A stretch of DNA of 64,000 bases from an uncultured Gemmatimonadales bacterium (GCA_963798915.1 CAWCVB010000002.1:448001-512000); one strand, 5' to 3'; shown: positions 10,685 to 21,408, counted from the stretch's first letter. Notes: a model not told the origin generated them from the sequence alone. A program made the numbers and translations.

Positions 10685-11158
10685 ATGCCCATCTCATCGG
10701 GACATCCCGCTCCTGAATTCTCGCTGCCTTCCGACGAGGGCGCTACCGTGTCCTTGAAGGCGATGCGCGGTTCGCCCGTCGTGCTCTACTTCTATCCCAA
10801 GGACGACACCAGCGGGTGCACCACCGAGGCGTGCGAGTTTCGCGATGCCTGGCCGGAGGTCAAGGCCACCGGGGCCCGGCTCTTCGGCGTGTCACCCGAC
10901 GGCATCCAGTCGCACGAGAAATTCCGCGCCAAGCTCAAGCTGCCGTTCCCGCTGCTGGCCGATGCGGACCACGCCGTGGCTGAGGCCTACGGGGTCTGGG
11001 GTGAGAAGTCGATGTACGGCAGGAAGTACACGGGTATCCTCCGGACCACGTTCCTCATCGATGCCGACGGCCGCATTGCCCAGGTGTTCGAGAACGTGAA
11101 GCCGGCGGGGCATGCCGCTCAGGTCCTGGCGGCCCTCCATGACATGGCCACCCCGTAA
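10685..11158 (+). CDS. bcp: Bacterioferritin comigratory peroxiredoxin
   Basis: VVLYFYPKDDTSGCTTEACEFRD. Confidence 0.95.
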   Translation: MPISSGHPAPEFSLPSDEGATVSLKAMRGSPVVLYFYPKDDTSGCTTEACEFRDAWPEVKATGARLFGVSPDGIQSHEKFRAKLKLPFPLLADADHAVAEAYGVWGEKSMYGRKYTGILRTTFLIDADGRIAQVFENVKPAGHAAQVLAALHDMATP

Positions 11159-11286
11159 GAATACGGACCAGCGAACGCGAATCGCTTCGCGGCCGGCCGT
11201 CGTTATCTTTGGTGCGCTTCGCCCGGGTCTCAGGCGCTCATCCGGGCGGTGCCGTATCCACCTCAGCGCCATGACTCGATACTGCC

Positions 11287-12369
11287 GTGACTGTTCGCGT
11301 CCTGCTGGTCTCATGCCTCTCCTGTCTCGCGGCCTCCGCCTGCTCGCCGGCCCGGTCGGCGCCCGCGGCCGCGGATGTTACCGCGGCGTCGGATTCGACG
11401 CTCATCGCTCCCGGCGAGCGGCACTTCGCCAATGTCCGACAGCTAACCTTCGGCGGAAATAACGCGGAAGCGTATTTCTCCAGCGACGGCAAGCAGCTCA
11501 TCTTCCAGCGGCAGGCGGAGCTCAACACCGGTTGCGACCAGGAATACATCATCAATACCGATGGCACCGGTGAACGCCGGGTGTCCAACGGCAAGGGCCG
11601 CACCACCTGCGGCTACTTCTACGATAACGACCACCGCATTCTCTACAGCTCGACCTTTGCCTACTCACCGGCCTGCCCGCCACCGGCCGACTATTCCAAC
11701 GGGTACGTCTGGCCACTGGGACATTTCGAGATCTACAGCGCTCGCGCCGATGGCAGCGAGTTGACGCCGCTCACCAACAACGGCGCGTACAACGCCGAAT
11801 CCACCGTGTCGCCGGACGGGAAGCACATCATCTTCACCAGCACCCGTGATGGCGATCTCGAGTTGTACACGATGAACGTGGATGGCACCGACGTGCGCCG
11901 GATCACTCACCGGCTGGGCTACGATGGCGGGGCATTCTTCTCGCCCGATAATGCGAAGATCGTGTGGCGGGCGCAGTATCCCGAGACGGCCAGTGACTCG
12001 GCCGACTACCGGGCGCTGCTCAAGCAACGATTGGTGCGACCGACCAGGCTGGAGCTGTGGATCGCGAATGCGGATGGGAGCGACCCGCAGCAGCTGACCC
12101 ATCTGGGCGGCGCCAACTTCGCGCCGTACTTCACGCCCGATGGCCAGCGGGTCGTCTTCGCCTCCAACTACGAGACCCCCAAGGGGCGCAATTTCGATCT
12201 CTACCTGGTGAACCTGGACGGGTCCGGGCTCGAGAAGATCACCACCTCGCCCGAGTTCGATGCCTTCCCCATGTTCAGCCCCGACGGCAGGCAGCTGGTC
12301 TGGGCCTCCAACCGGAACGAGCAGCAACCGGGCGAGACGAACCTGTTCATTGCGGACTGGGTCGAGTGA
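11287..12369 (+). CDS. TolB-like PD40/WD40 beta-propeller lipoprotein
   Basis: Repeated FSPDG motifs (NAEAYFSSDG, YDGGAFFSPD, DAFPMFSPDG). Confidence 0.9.
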   Translation: MTVRVLLVSCLSCLAASACSPARSAPAAADVTAASDSTLIAPGERHFANVRQLTFGGNNAEAYFSSDGKQLIFQRQAELNTGCDQEYIINTDGTGERRVSNGKGRTTCGYFYDNDHRILYSSTFAYSPACPPPADYSNGYVWPLGHFEIYSARADGSELTPLTNNGAYNAESTVSPDGKHIIFTSTRDGDLELYTMNVDGTDVRRITHRLGYDGGAFFSPDNAKIVWRAQYPETASDSADYRALLKQRLVRPTRLELWIANADGSDPQQLTHLGGANFAPYFTPDGQRVVFASNYETPKGRNFDLYLVNLDGSGLEKITTSPEFDAFPMFSPDGRQLVWASNRNEQQPGETNLFIADWVE

Positions 12370-13100
12370 CGGCGGCACCAGATCGCGACGTCGCGGTGCC
12401 ACCGGCCCGCGAACGGTCGGCACTGCGGGAATGGACCAAGTCCATCCTCATTGCCGTCGTGATCTGGCTGGTGCTGCGTGCCTTCGTGGTGGAAGCGTTC
12501 CGCATTCCGTCGAGCAGCATGGAGAACACCCTGCTCAAGGGTGATTTTCTGTTTGTCAACAAGGCGGTATACGGGCCGGTGCTGCCATTTACCGATATCC
12601 ACCTGCCCGCCTTTCGCCAGCCTCGGCGCAATGACGTGGTCGTCTTCGACTCCAAGGAGACGCCGGGCATGGCCATCGTGAAGCGGCTGATCGGCGTCCC
12701 GGGCGATACGCTTGCCATGCGGGCAGGTCAGCTGTATCGCAACGGTGCGCTGGTGCCGGAACCCTATGCCATCAACGCCGCCCCCGACCGGAGCGAAGCG
12801 CCGGCCAGGCGGGCCCAGATGCGCAGCTGGCAGATCCGCCATCTCGCGGGCGTCAGCGCCGCCGATTACCAGCCCGATCTGCATGACTGGGGCCCGGTGG
12901 TGGTGCCGCCCGATTCGCTCTTCATGATGGGCGACAATCGCGACGATTCCTATGACAGTCGCTACTGGGGCTTCCTGGCGGAAAAGAAAGTCCGCGGCAC
13001 CCCGCTCGTGATCTACTACAGCTACAACCCCGACAGCTGGAAAGCCCTGCCGTTCATCACGGACATTCGCTGGGGCCGGCTGCTGCACCGCCCGCAATGA
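12366..13100 (+). CDS. lepB: Signal peptidase I (copy 1)
   Basis: IPSSSMENTL, IVKRLIGVPGD, MGDNRDDSYDSRYWG; GTG start overlaps the upstream stop. Confidence 0.93.
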   Translation: MTAAPDRDVAVPPARERSALREWTKSILIAVVIWLVLRAFVVEAFRIPSSSMENTLLKGDFLFVNKAVYGPVLPFTDIHLPAFRQPRRNDVVVFDSKETPGMAIVKRLIGVPGDTLAMRAGQLYRNGALVPEPYAINAAPDRSEAPARRAQMRSWQIRHLAGVSAADYQPDLHDWGPVVVPPDSLFMMGDNRDDSYDSRYWGFLAEKKVRGTPLVIYYSYNPDSWKALPFITDIRWGRLLHRPQ

Positions 13101-13801
13101 CCGCATCCCGGCGCTTCCTGCGCCTGCTCTGGGAATGGACCCGTTCGGTGGGTGGCGCCCTCGTGGTGTTCCTCGTCCTGCGGGCCTTTGTCATCGAGGG
13201 TTACCACATTCCCTCCGGGAGCATGGAGCGGACCCTGCTGGTGGGCGACTGGCTCTTCGTGAACAAGGCGCTCTACGGCGCCGAGGTCCCACTGCTTCAT
13301 GCCCGGCTGCCGGCCGTGCGGGAACCCCGGCGCGGCGATGTCGTCGTGTTCGATTCCAAGAGTGACCCCGACCAGAAGATCGTCAAGCGACTCATCGGGC
13401 TGCCGGGCGACACGCTGGAGATGCGTGCGAGTCACCTGATCCGGAATGGCGAGCGAATACCGGAGCCGTACGCCGTGCACACCGACACCACGCTCACCGC
13501 CGAGGCCTACCGGGCGGAGATGCGCCAGTGGCAGGTGCACTATCTCCTGGGCGGAAACAGCGAGGCCTACCAGCCCGACCTCCAGAACTGGGGCCCGCTG
13601 GTCGTGCCCGCCGGGTCGCTATTCGTGTTGGGAGACAACCGGGAGAATTCGCTCGACAGCCGCTTCTGGGGATTCCTTCCGCGCGAGAACCTTCGCGGTT
13701 CGCCCATGATCGTGTACTACAGTTACGATGCGTCGGCCTACGACCCGCTGCCGTTTCTGACGGATATCAGGTGGGGACGGATCTTCGAGCCGATCCGCTG
13801 A
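13097..13801 (+). CDS. lepB: Signal peptidase I (copy 2)
   Basis: IPSGSMERTL, IVKRLIGLPGD, LGDNRENSLDSRFWG. Confidence 0.93.
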   Translation: MTASRRFLRLLWEWTRSVGGALVVFLVLRAFVIEGYHIPSGSMERTLLVGDWLFVNKALYGAEVPLLHARLPAVREPRRGDVVVFDSKSDPDQKIVKRLIGLPGDTLEMRASHLIRNGERIPEPYAVHTDTTLTAEAYRAEMRQWQVHYLLGGNSEAYQPDLQNWGPLVVPAGSLFVLGDNRENSLDSRFWGFLPRENLRGSPMIVYYSYDASAYDPLPFLTDIRWGRIFEPIR

Positions 13802-13805
13802 CGCG

Positions 13806-14132
13806 CTACAACTCCCGACTCCTGGGCGACTCCGGACTCATGGCCGGGCCGGATCCGCGCCGCAGGTACACGGCGCTCCGGCTGCAATTCTGGCAGCTGA
13901 GCGTGATCCGGCCGCCCTGGTCTTCCTCGCTGTCACGGGGCGGCGTGCGGATGATGTCCGGAGAATCACAGGATGGACAGACGAGGGCTTTCCGGTCCCG
14001 ATCGAGCGCGATCAAGATCAGGGCTTCAGGCGCACGATACTCCTTGATGCCCCGGCGTCCCACAGCAAAACCCTTCCGACGGGCGGACTGGCCCATAAGC
14101 TGCATCACCCGCCAGCTGTAATTTAGGGCCAT
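13806..14132 (-). CDS. Small zinc-ribbon protein
   Basis: CPSC...CQNC; start uncertain. Confidence 0.55.
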   Translation of the reverse strand: MALNYSWRVMQLMGQSARRKGFAVGRRGIKEYRAPEALILIALDRDRKALVCPSCDSPDIIRTPPRDSEEDQGGRITLSCQNCSRSAVYLRRGSGPAMSPESPRSREL

Positions 14133-14172
14133 GGGGCGGCCCCCGACAATCGCCCTGAGGAGGACACTGCCA

Positions 14173-14568
14173 ATGCGTTCCATTCTGCTGGCTTCCGCGG
14201 CGCTGCTCAGTGCAGCCCCGCTGGCGGCGCAGGCGCGCCATCTCGTCCATGTGCGAGGCGACGCGGCCCAGGACGAATACAGCTATGATCCGGCCACGGT
14301 GACCGCCAAGCCGGGTGATGCCATTGTCTTCCGGGTGGAAGGCGACGGCAAGCACGCGATTTCATTTGAAAAGAACATTCCCGCGGCTGCGCGCGAGGCA
14401 CTCAACCGCGGCATGCCGAACCGGGTGGGTGACTTGTCAGGCCCCTTGCTCTCGAAGGGGCAGGAGTACAGGGTCACCCTGCCCAGGAACCTTCCCGCAG
14501 GCCGGTACCGCTTCTTCTGCCTGCCGCACCGGGCCTATGACGAAGTGGGCTGGCTGGTGGTGCAGTAG
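14173..14568 (+). CDS. Plastocyanin/azurin-like cupredoxin
   Basis: Signal peptide; GDAIVF...HAISF; YRFFCLPH; GAGGAGG SD. Confidence 0.88.
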   Translation: MRSILLASAALLSAAPLAAQARHLVHVRGDAAQDEYSYDPATVTAKPGDAIVFRVEGDGKHAISFEKNIPAAAREALNRGMPNRVGDLSGPLLSKGQEYRVTLPRNLPAGRYRFFCLPHRAYDEVGWLVVQ

Positions 14569-14574
14569 GTTTAC

Positions 14575-14609
14575 GGTCGTCGGTCGTCGGTCGTCGGTCG
14601 TCGGTCATC
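14575..14609. repeat. (GGTCGTC)n heptamer tandem repeat
   Basis: Seen directly. Confidence 0.9.
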
Positions 14610-14658
14610 AGGCGTGCATTCGTCTGCGGCCACAGCCACTACCAGCCACCCCGGACAT

Positions 14659-14880
14659 ATGTCGCAGGCCCAGCCGCTCGGCAGACTCTCTCGCACCGTC
14701 GCCGGCCTCATCGGCATCATCTGGATGGCCGCCGGCCTGGCTGCCATCGGGCTTGGCGCAGTGGCGCGCGAGTGGGGCAGTGTGCTGCTCGGTGTGCTGG
14801 CGGTCTACTTCGGCGGCATCTGGTGGCAGGTCGCGCGCACCGGCCGCTACCTCGTGTGGCCCTTTCGGCGACGCCGGTGA
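14659..14880 (+). CDS. Small two-TM membrane protein
   Basis: Two hydrophobic helices, basic C-terminus. Confidence 0.65.
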   Translation: MSQAQPLGRLSRTVAGLIGIIWMAAGLAAIGLGAVAREWGSVLLGVLAVYFGGIWWQVARTGRYLVWPFRRRR

Positions 14881-14985
14881 CTGCGACTCATGACCCATCA
14901 CCCCGCAGCCCGCGACCAGCGACCCGCGACCCGCGACCCGCGACTCATGACTCATGACCCATCACCCGCGACCCATGATCCATGA
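14880..14985. repeat. Mixed heptamer tract (ACCCGCG / ACTCATG units)
   Basis: Seen directly. Confidence 0.75.
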
Positions 14986-15920
14986 CCCCTGACCTCAATC
15001 GCCGGGAGTTCGTGGCTGCGCTCGGCGCCGTGACAGTGGCCGGGAGCGCGTTGCCCGGCCCGGCGCCCGGGTTGCCTGCCACACGCCTCGTCCTGCTTGG
15101 CACTGGCGGCGGTCCCACGCCCAAGCGTCGCCGAGCCGCACCGGCCCAGGTGATCCTCGCCGGCGACTCGGCATACGTGGTGGATTGCGGCAGCGGCGTC
15201 GCCCGGCAGCTGGTGCTGGCTGGCGTCCCGATCCTGGCCCTCAAGCATGTCTTCATCACGCATCACCACTCGGACCACAACGCCGACTATGGAAACCTGC
15301 TCCTCCTGTCGTGGGCCAGCGGGCTTGTCCGCCCGGTGGATACATGGGGACCCCCTCCGCTGGCACGCATCACCGAGCTCTTCCTGGAGATGAGCCGGCC
15401 TGACATCGACGTGCGCATGGTGGATGAGGGCCGCCCGGCGCTGGCGCCTCTGATCCGGGTCCACGAGGTGTCTGAAGCCGGTCTGGTAATGCAGGACGCC
15501 AATCTCCGTGTCACTGCCGCGCGAGTGGAACATCCCATGGTCGAGCACGCGTACGCCTATCGGTTCGACGCAGCGGATCGAAGCATCGTCATTTCCGGTG
15601 ATACCGCGCGCTCAGATGCGCTGGTCAGGCTGGCGGCAGGCGCGGACGTGCTGGTGCATGAGGCGTTCTACCCGCCAGCCGTCGAGGGGATGGTCAAGGG
15701 CCGGCTGAATGCCGAACCACTCCGGCGGCATCTGCTGGCGAGTCACACGTCGGCCGAGGATTGTGGCCGGGTCGCGGCAGCGGCGGGGGTGAAGACACTG
15801 GTGCTCTCGCATTTTGTCCCGGCCGAAGATCCGCCGGTCAGCGACGCGATGTGGGCTGATGCGGCAGGAAAGCATTTCAAGGGGAAGATCGTCGTAGGGC
15901 GGGACCTGATGGAGGTCTGA
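14982..15920 (+). CDS. Tat-exported MBL-fold hydrolase (RNase Z/arylsulfatase-like)
   Basis: NRREFV twin-arginine; LGTGGG; THHHSDH; SGDT; HEA; LSHFVP. Confidence 0.88.
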   Translation: MTPDLNRREFVAALGAVTVAGSALPGPAPGLPATRLVLLGTGGGPTPKRRRAAPAQVILAGDSAYVVDCGSGVARQLVLAGVPILALKHVFITHHHSDHNADYGNLLLLSWASGLVRPVDTWGPPPLARITELFLEMSRPDIDVRMVDEGRPALAPLIRVHEVSEAGLVMQDANLRVTAARVEHPMVEHAYAYRFDAADRSIVISGDTARSDALVRLAAGADVLVHEAFYPPAVEGMVKGRLNAEPLRRHLLASHTSAEDCGRVAAAAGVKTLVLSHFVPAEDPPVSDAMWADAAGKHFKGKIVVGRDLMEV

Positions 15921-16308
15921 GGGGAGAGCCGGCGATGTCCTGTGCATCGCCGGTGAGCAGTCAACTCGTACCTGGAATGATGCTGACGGATGGCTCGCGT
16001 TGTAAATTGCGACTCGTACAGCCAGACACGTTCCATCCCATATACACGCGGATGGTCATGGCACCCCCTCGCCGGATGCTGCATCCTTTTCAGATGCTGG
16101 TACGTGCCCTCCCGGTTGGCTGTTCAAACGGGGATGATGCTGGGACGGATCCGGGCGGAGTTGCATCCATCCGGCTGATATCCGGACACATGCAGGTGGA
16201 TACAGCAGGTGCGATCTCCGGCCTGGAAAGCCGTATGCGAGTGTCCGGTGGGCTCACACTTCCACAGGTGTTTACGAAGCACAACTTGTATCTGGCATGG
16301 CACGAGCC

Positions 16309-16980
16309 ATGACATTGCCTGAGCAGGCCTCGGGCGCTGGCTCCTCAACCGCAACCGCCGCGTCAATGCTGCCGCGGTCGTCGGCGAAGCTCCGGCGGCT
16401 GCGGCTGGCAGCGACGATTGGGATCGTGCTCCTGTGCCTCGGCTGCACTGCGAGCTGGAATGCGCTGGTTCGGTATTCCGAGCTTCCCGCAGTCGAGGGC
16501 ATGACACCCGAAATGGGTGTCTACGCGGAGGTGCTGCGCTACTTTCGGGCCAGCTGGGGTCTGCCCGAAGTGCTGCTCTCAAACCGTCCCCCCCAATCCG
16601 ACATCTCCACGGTATTCCGCTCCGGTCACGGCGTGGTGCCGGGCCACTGGGCCGATACGCTGCAGCTGGAAGTCCTGACGGCCCTGGCTGACTCCAGCCT
16701 GGCGCAATTGGCCCCGCATCCAGCCATCGAGCAGGCGGCAGCACTGGCAAGGATTCCAGTGAGAGAGGGCACTCCGGCTGACGCCATCCGACCTGATCAG
16801 CCGAACGAGCCTCGGATCTGGTTTTCTCGTGCTGGATTCAATCGCGACAGCACCGTCGCGGCCATCAACGTGCAATTCTGGTGCGGGTACCTGTGCGGTC
16901 ATGGTGTCACGCTGCTGCTTGCTCGCCGGCCAGGCAACCAGTGGAAAGTCTGGCATGGATTCCTGCACTGGATTTCCTGA
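16309..16980 (+). CDS. Hypothetical membrane-anchored protein
   Basis: TM segment; C-terminal FSRAGFN...CGYLCGHG motif. Confidence 0.6.
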   Translation: MTLPEQASGAGSSTATAASMLPRSSAKLRRLRLAATIGIVLLCLGCTASWNALVRYSELPAVEGMTPEMGVYAEVLRYFRASWGLPEVLLSNRPPQSDISTVFRSGHGVVPGHWADTLQLEVLTALADSSLAQLAPHPAIEQAAALARIPVREGTPADAIRPDQPNEPRIWFSRAGFNRDSTVAAINVQFWCGYLCGHGVTLLLARRPGNQWKVWHGFLHWIS

Positions 16981-17100
16981 TGGCCGCGATACCTGAGATC
17001 GAAAGCTGATCGGGCACCGGATTGCTTCGGCCACTGCGCTGCCTCGCACTGACGTGTGAAGCAACCATTTGCGACCCGCGAGCCGCATCTATATTCCTCC

Positions 17101-17814
17101 ATGCCATCCCCACTCCGCCTCGCCTTGGTCGGCGACTACGATCCTGCCGTCACCGCCCACCGCGCCATTCCGGTAGCGCTGCGTCTCGCCGGTGAAGCAC
17201 TCGACACTCCGCTCCTTTACGAGTGGGTTGACACCACCACACTCGGCTCGGACGCAGAAGGTTCCCTCGCCGGTTACCAAGCCATATGGCTCGTTCCCAA
17301 CAGTCCCTACGCCAACACGGTCGGTGCGCTGTCGGCCATCCGTTTCGCCCGCGAATCCGGACGTCCGTTTCTCGGCACATGTGCCGGCTTTCAGCACGCC
17401 ATCATGGAGTACGCGGGCGCCGTCTGGCAGCTCGGACGGTCCCAGGCGGCTCACGCCGAACTCGATCCCGATGCGGTGCACCCGGTCATTGCGCCTCTTG
17501 CCTGCTCACTAGTGGAAGAGCAGGGCAGAGTGCGCTTCGCGCCCGGCTCACAGCTGGCCCGGCTGTATCATGCCGGTGAAGCCATTGAGGCCTATCACTG
17601 CAACTACGGTCTCAATCCATGGCACGCCCAGCGTCTGGATACCGGCGCGCTACGCGCCACGGCCTGGGACGACGCCGGCGACATCCGCGGTGTCGAACTG
17701 GCTGATCATCCATTCTTCGTTGCCACGCTGTTTCAGCCTGAACGGGCGGCGCTGGAGGGTCGAGTACCTGCGGTGGTCCGTGGATTGGTGGAGGCGGCAC
17801 GCTGTGAGCTATGA
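17101..17814 (+). CDS. CTP-synthase C-terminal-like class I glutamine amidotransferase
   Basis: ALVGDY, PFLGTCAGFQH, YHCNYGLN, HPFFVATLFQPE. Confidence 0.88.
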   Translation: MPSPLRLALVGDYDPAVTAHRAIPVALRLAGEALDTPLLYEWVDTTTLGSDAEGSLAGYQAIWLVPNSPYANTVGALSAIRFARESGRPFLGTCAGFQHAIMEYAGAVWQLGRSQAAHAELDPDAVHPVIAPLACSLVEEQGRVRFAPGSQLARLYHAGEAIEAYHCNYGLNPWHAQRLDTGALRATAWDDAGDIRGVELADHPFFVATLFQPERAALEGRVPAVVRGLVEAARCEL

Positions 17815-17973
17815 GCTGTGCGCGGTGAGCTGTGCGCGGTGAGCTGCGCGCGGTGAGCTGCGCGCTGTGCGCTGTGCGCTGAGAGTATGGTAACTTTCGC
17901 GACCGACGACCGACGACCGACGACCGACGACCGACGACCGACGACCGACGACCGACGACCGACGACCGACGAC
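17803..17973. repeat. Heptamer tracts (GCTGTGC/GCGGTGA, then about 10 copies of CGACCGA)
   Basis: Seen directly. Confidence 0.9.
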
Positions 17974-18063
17974 CACCCATCTTGCCCACCTTGCCTGTTC
18001 CGCCTACCATCCACTTGACCGTGCCGTTTGTGAGATTCGACTCGAACGACGTGCAATACATAC

Positions 18064-19119
18064 ATGCGTATCGCCCAGGTAGCCCCGCTCTATGAAAGCG
18101 TGCCGCCCAAGTATTACGGCGGCACCGAACGTATCGTCTCTTACCTCACCGAAGAACTGGTGCGCCAGGGACACGAGGTGACCGTGTTTGCCAGTGGGGA
18201 TTCGGTCACCACTGCCCGGCTTGTCAGTGGCTGCCCGCGATCGCTCCGGCTGGACAAGGACTGCATTGACCAGATGGCCCACCATCTCGTCATGCTGGAG
18301 CAGCTCTACCGGCAGGCGGACGAGTTCGATGTGGTCCATTTTCATCTCGACTATCTGCACTTCCCCTTCTCACGTCGCGAAGGCCTCACCCGGGTGACCA
18401 CCCTGCACGGGCGACTTGATATTCCGGATCTGGTGCCGCTCTACCGGGAGTTCGTCGATGAGCCGGTGGTGTCGATCTCCACCTCGCAACGGACGCCGAT
18501 TCCATGGGCCAACTGGCAGGCCACGGTGTACCACGGCCTGCCGGACTCCCTCTACCGGTTTCATCCTGAGCCCGAAGGCTATCTGGCCTTCATCGGCCGG
18601 ATCTCGCCCGAGAAGCGGGTCGATCGTGCCATCGAGATTGCAAAGCGGGTGGGGATGCCGCTGCGCATCGCCGCCAAGGTGGACCCGGTCGACAAGGACT
18701 ACTTCACCTCGACCATCGAGCCGCAGCTGGACCACCGGCTCATCGAATTCGTGGGGGAAATTGGCGATGCCCAGAAGGATGAGTTCCTCGGCAACGCTGC
18801 GATGCTGTTGTTCCCCATCGACTGGCCGGAACCATTCGGCCTGGCAATGATCGAGGCGCTGGCGTGCGGAACACCTGTGGTCGCCTATCGCCATGGCGCC
18901 GTGCCCGAAGTCCTGGAGCAGGGCCGGACCGGCTTCATCGTGGACCACCTGGATGCGGCCGTGGAAGCGGTTCGCCAGCTGTCCCGGCTCAGCCGGCAGG
19001 GCTGTCGCGAGGCTTTCGAGGAGCGCTTCACGGCCCAGGAAATGGCCCGGAACTACGTTCGGGTGTATGAGCGTCTCATCCGCCAGCATCCCTCGCCCAT
19101 GCTGGAGGCCGCCGGCTGA
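18064..19119 (+). CDS. Glycosyltransferase family 4
   Basis: MRIAQVAPLYESVPPKYYGGTER; EPFGLAMIEALACGTPV. Confidence 0.95.
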   Translation: MRIAQVAPLYESVPPKYYGGTERIVSYLTEELVRQGHEVTVFASGDSVTTARLVSGCPRSLRLDKDCIDQMAHHLVMLEQLYRQADEFDVVHFHLDYLHFPFSRREGLTRVTTLHGRLDIPDLVPLYREFVDEPVVSISTSQRTPIPWANWQATVYHGLPDSLYRFHPEPEGYLAFIGRISPEKRVDRAIEIAKRVGMPLRIAAKVDPVDKDYFTSTIEPQLDHRLIEFVGEIGDAQKDEFLGNAAMLLFPIDWPEPFGLAMIEALACGTPVVAYRHGAVPEVLEQGRTGFIVDHLDAAVEAVRQLSRLSRQGCREAFEERFTAQEMARNYVRVYERLIRQHPSPMLEAAG

Positions 19120-21326
19120 TGACCGAGGAAGTCGTTCGCATCAGCGATACGTTCTACATTCTCTCGACTTCGGCCCGTATCGACGATCGCACCCAGGTCC
19201 TCAAGCAGGGCGACACGTTCGCCATCTTCGACCGTTACGGCGACATCGAGACGCTCGGCATGGGCGAGTTCGGGCTGTACCACCAGGACACCAGGTTTCT
19301 CTCCCGGCTCTCCCTCCGGATCGCGGCCCATCGCCCCCTGCTCCTCAGCTCCACCATCAAGGTGGACAACGCCATCCTGGCCGTGGATCTCATGAATCCC
19401 GATCTCTGGAAGGATGGCGAGCTGGTCATCCCCCGAGGGACGCTTCATGTCTTCCGGTCCAAGGTGCTTTGGCAATCGGCCTGCCACGAGCAGCTGCGGC
19501 TCCACAACTACGGGCGGACCGAGGCGGATTTCACACTGTCACTCGCGTTCGACGCCGACTTCGTGGACATCTTCGAGGTAAGGGGCGCCGAACGTAAACA
19601 CCGCGGCCGGCGGCTTCCCGCCGAGGTGACCGATGGGGCGCTGCTGCTCGGCTATGAAGGCCGGGACCATCGGCTGCGCTGTACCCGCATCAGTTTCGAC
19701 CCGGTTCCCGCCCAGCTCGACCAGACGGGCGCCAGCTTTGACGTCCATCTCGAGCCCGGCGGCGAAGCCCGCCTCCGGTGGGCCATTGCGTGCGAAGTCG
19801 AATCGCGGGCCGAAGCCACCCACGAAGTTGCCGTGGGTGGGTCGCCCGGGCCGGGTCACGCCTGGTACGAGGACGCGGCCAGCAAGGCGGTCGATGCGCT
19901 CGCCGCCGAGGGCGCCGCGGACCCGAGGGTATCGACCTCGAATGAGCAGTTCAATGAGTGGCTCAGCCGCTCGCTGGCCGACTTGTACATGCTGGAGACG
20001 GTGACGGCCTACGGGGAGTACCCCTACGCCGGCGTGCCCTGGTACAGCACGCCATTCGGGCGCGATGGCATCATCACGGCGCTGCAGTATCTCTGGTTCA
20101 ATCCGGCCATTGCGCACGGCGTCCTGACATATCTCGCTGCCACCCAGGCCGACAAGGAAAGCCCCGCGCAGGATGCCGAGCCCGGGAAGATCCTGCATGA
20201 GACGCGCGCCGGCGAGATGGCGCAGCTGGGCGAGGTGCCGTTCTCCCTCTATTACGGCACCGTGGATGCGACGCCACTGTTTGTGGTGCTGGCGGGTGCC
20301 TACTTCACGCGCACTGGCGACCGGGCACTGGCGGAGCAGCTCTGGCCCAACGTGGAGCGCGCCCTCAACTGGATCGATGTGTACGGGGACGCCGATGGTG
20401 ACGGCTTTGTCGAGTATGCCAGTCGCGCGCGCCAGGGCCTGGTGCACCAGGGCTGGAAGGATTCATACGATTCCATCTTCCATGCTGATGGTACGCTGGC
20501 CGAGGGACCGATCGCGCTGTGCGAAGTGCAAGGTTACGTCTGGGCTGCCAAGCGTGCCGCGGCCATGCTGGCGACGGCCCTCGGCCAGCCCGACCGCGCC
20601 GATGCCCTGACCCGCGAGGCGGAGGCGCTGCGGCAGCGCTTCGAGACGGCATTCTGGTGCGACGAGCTTTCCACCTATGTCATCGCGCTCGATGGCAGAA
20701 AGCGGCCGTGCCGGGTACGGACCTCCAATGCGGGCCAATGCCTCTTTACGGGCATTGCAAGTCTCGACCACGCCCAGCGCACCGCGGCCACGCTCACCAG
20801 CGAGCGGTCCTTTTCCGGGTGGGGCATCCGTACCGTCTCGGCCACGGAATCGCGCTACAATCCGATGTCCTACCATAACGGCTCCATCTGGCCGCACGAC
20901 AACTCCCTGATCGCGGCCGGGTTCGCGCGCTACGGGCTGCGTGACCATGCCGCCGCGGTCCTGAGCGGCCTCTTCGATGCAAGCCACTTCTTCGACCTCC
21001 GCCGCATGCCGGAACTCTTCTGCGGTTTTCGCCGGCGTCCAGGCGAAAGCCCGACGCACTACCCGGTTGCCTGTTCCCCGCAGGCGTGGGCGTCGGGCGC
21101 CGTATGGATGCTGCTCCGGTCCTGCCTGGGACTCCAGGTCCGCGGCGCCGAACGGCAGGTCACATTCTACAAGCCGTTTCTGCCACCCTTCCTGGACGAG
21201 GTGCGGATCGAGGAACTCGGGGTGGGCGACGCGAGTGTCGACCTCATCCTCACGCGGTACGGCGATGACGTCGGTATCAACGTGCAGCGCCGGGACGGCG
21301 ACGTGGCCGTCACGGCCGCGAAGTAA
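19119..21326 (+). CDS. Amylo-alpha-1,6-glucosidase (glycogen debranching-like)
   Basis: AGVPWYSTPFGRD, QGWKDS, YHNGSIWPHDN, ACSPQAWA. Confidence 0.93.
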   Translation: MTEEVVRISDTFYILSTSARIDDRTQVLKQGDTFAIFDRYGDIETLGMGEFGLYHQDTRFLSRLSLRIAAHRPLLLSSTIKVDNAILAVDLMNPDLWKDGELVIPRGTLHVFRSKVLWQSACHEQLRLHNYGRTEADFTLSLAFDADFVDIFEVRGAERKHRGRRLPAEVTDGALLLGYEGRDHRLRCTRISFDPVPAQLDQTGASFDVHLEPGGEARLRWAIACEVESRAEATHEVAVGGSPGPGHAWYEDAASKAVDALAAEGAADPRVSTSNEQFNEWLSRSLADLYMLETVTAYGEYPYAGVPWYSTPFGRDGIITALQYLWFNPAIAHGVLTYLAATQADKESPAQDAEPGKILHETRAGEMAQLGEVPFSLYYGTVDATPLFVVLAGAYFTRTGDRALAEQLWPNVERALNWIDVYGDADGDGFVEYASRARQGLVHQGWKDSYDSIFHADGTLAEGPIALCEVQGYVWAAKRAAAMLATALGQPDRADALTREAEALRQRFETAFWCDELSTYVIALDGRKRPCRVRTSNAGQCLFTGIASLDHAQRTAATLTSERSFSGWGIRTVSATESRYNPMSYHNGSIWPHDNSLIAAGFARYGLRDHAAAVLSGLFDASHFFDLRRMPELFCGFRRRPGESPTHYPVACSPQAWASGAVWMLLRSCLGLQVRGAERQVTFYKPFLPPFLDEVRIEELGVGDASVDLILTRYGDDVGINVQRRDGDVAVTAAK

Positions 21327-21408
21327 GCCGACCCCGACTCTGGCGCTCCGAAGCCGGAACCGTACCTTCGAGGAACACCCATCACTCCTCCTCGCTCCGG
21401 AGCAGACC

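Noticed and set aside
15935..16312. 125-aa ORF
   Set aside because: Atypical composition, no motif and no SD; likely non-coding or a remnant.
17900..17973. Repeat tracts as CRISPR arrays
   Set aside because: Contiguous 7-bp units with no unique spacers; no cas genes in the window.
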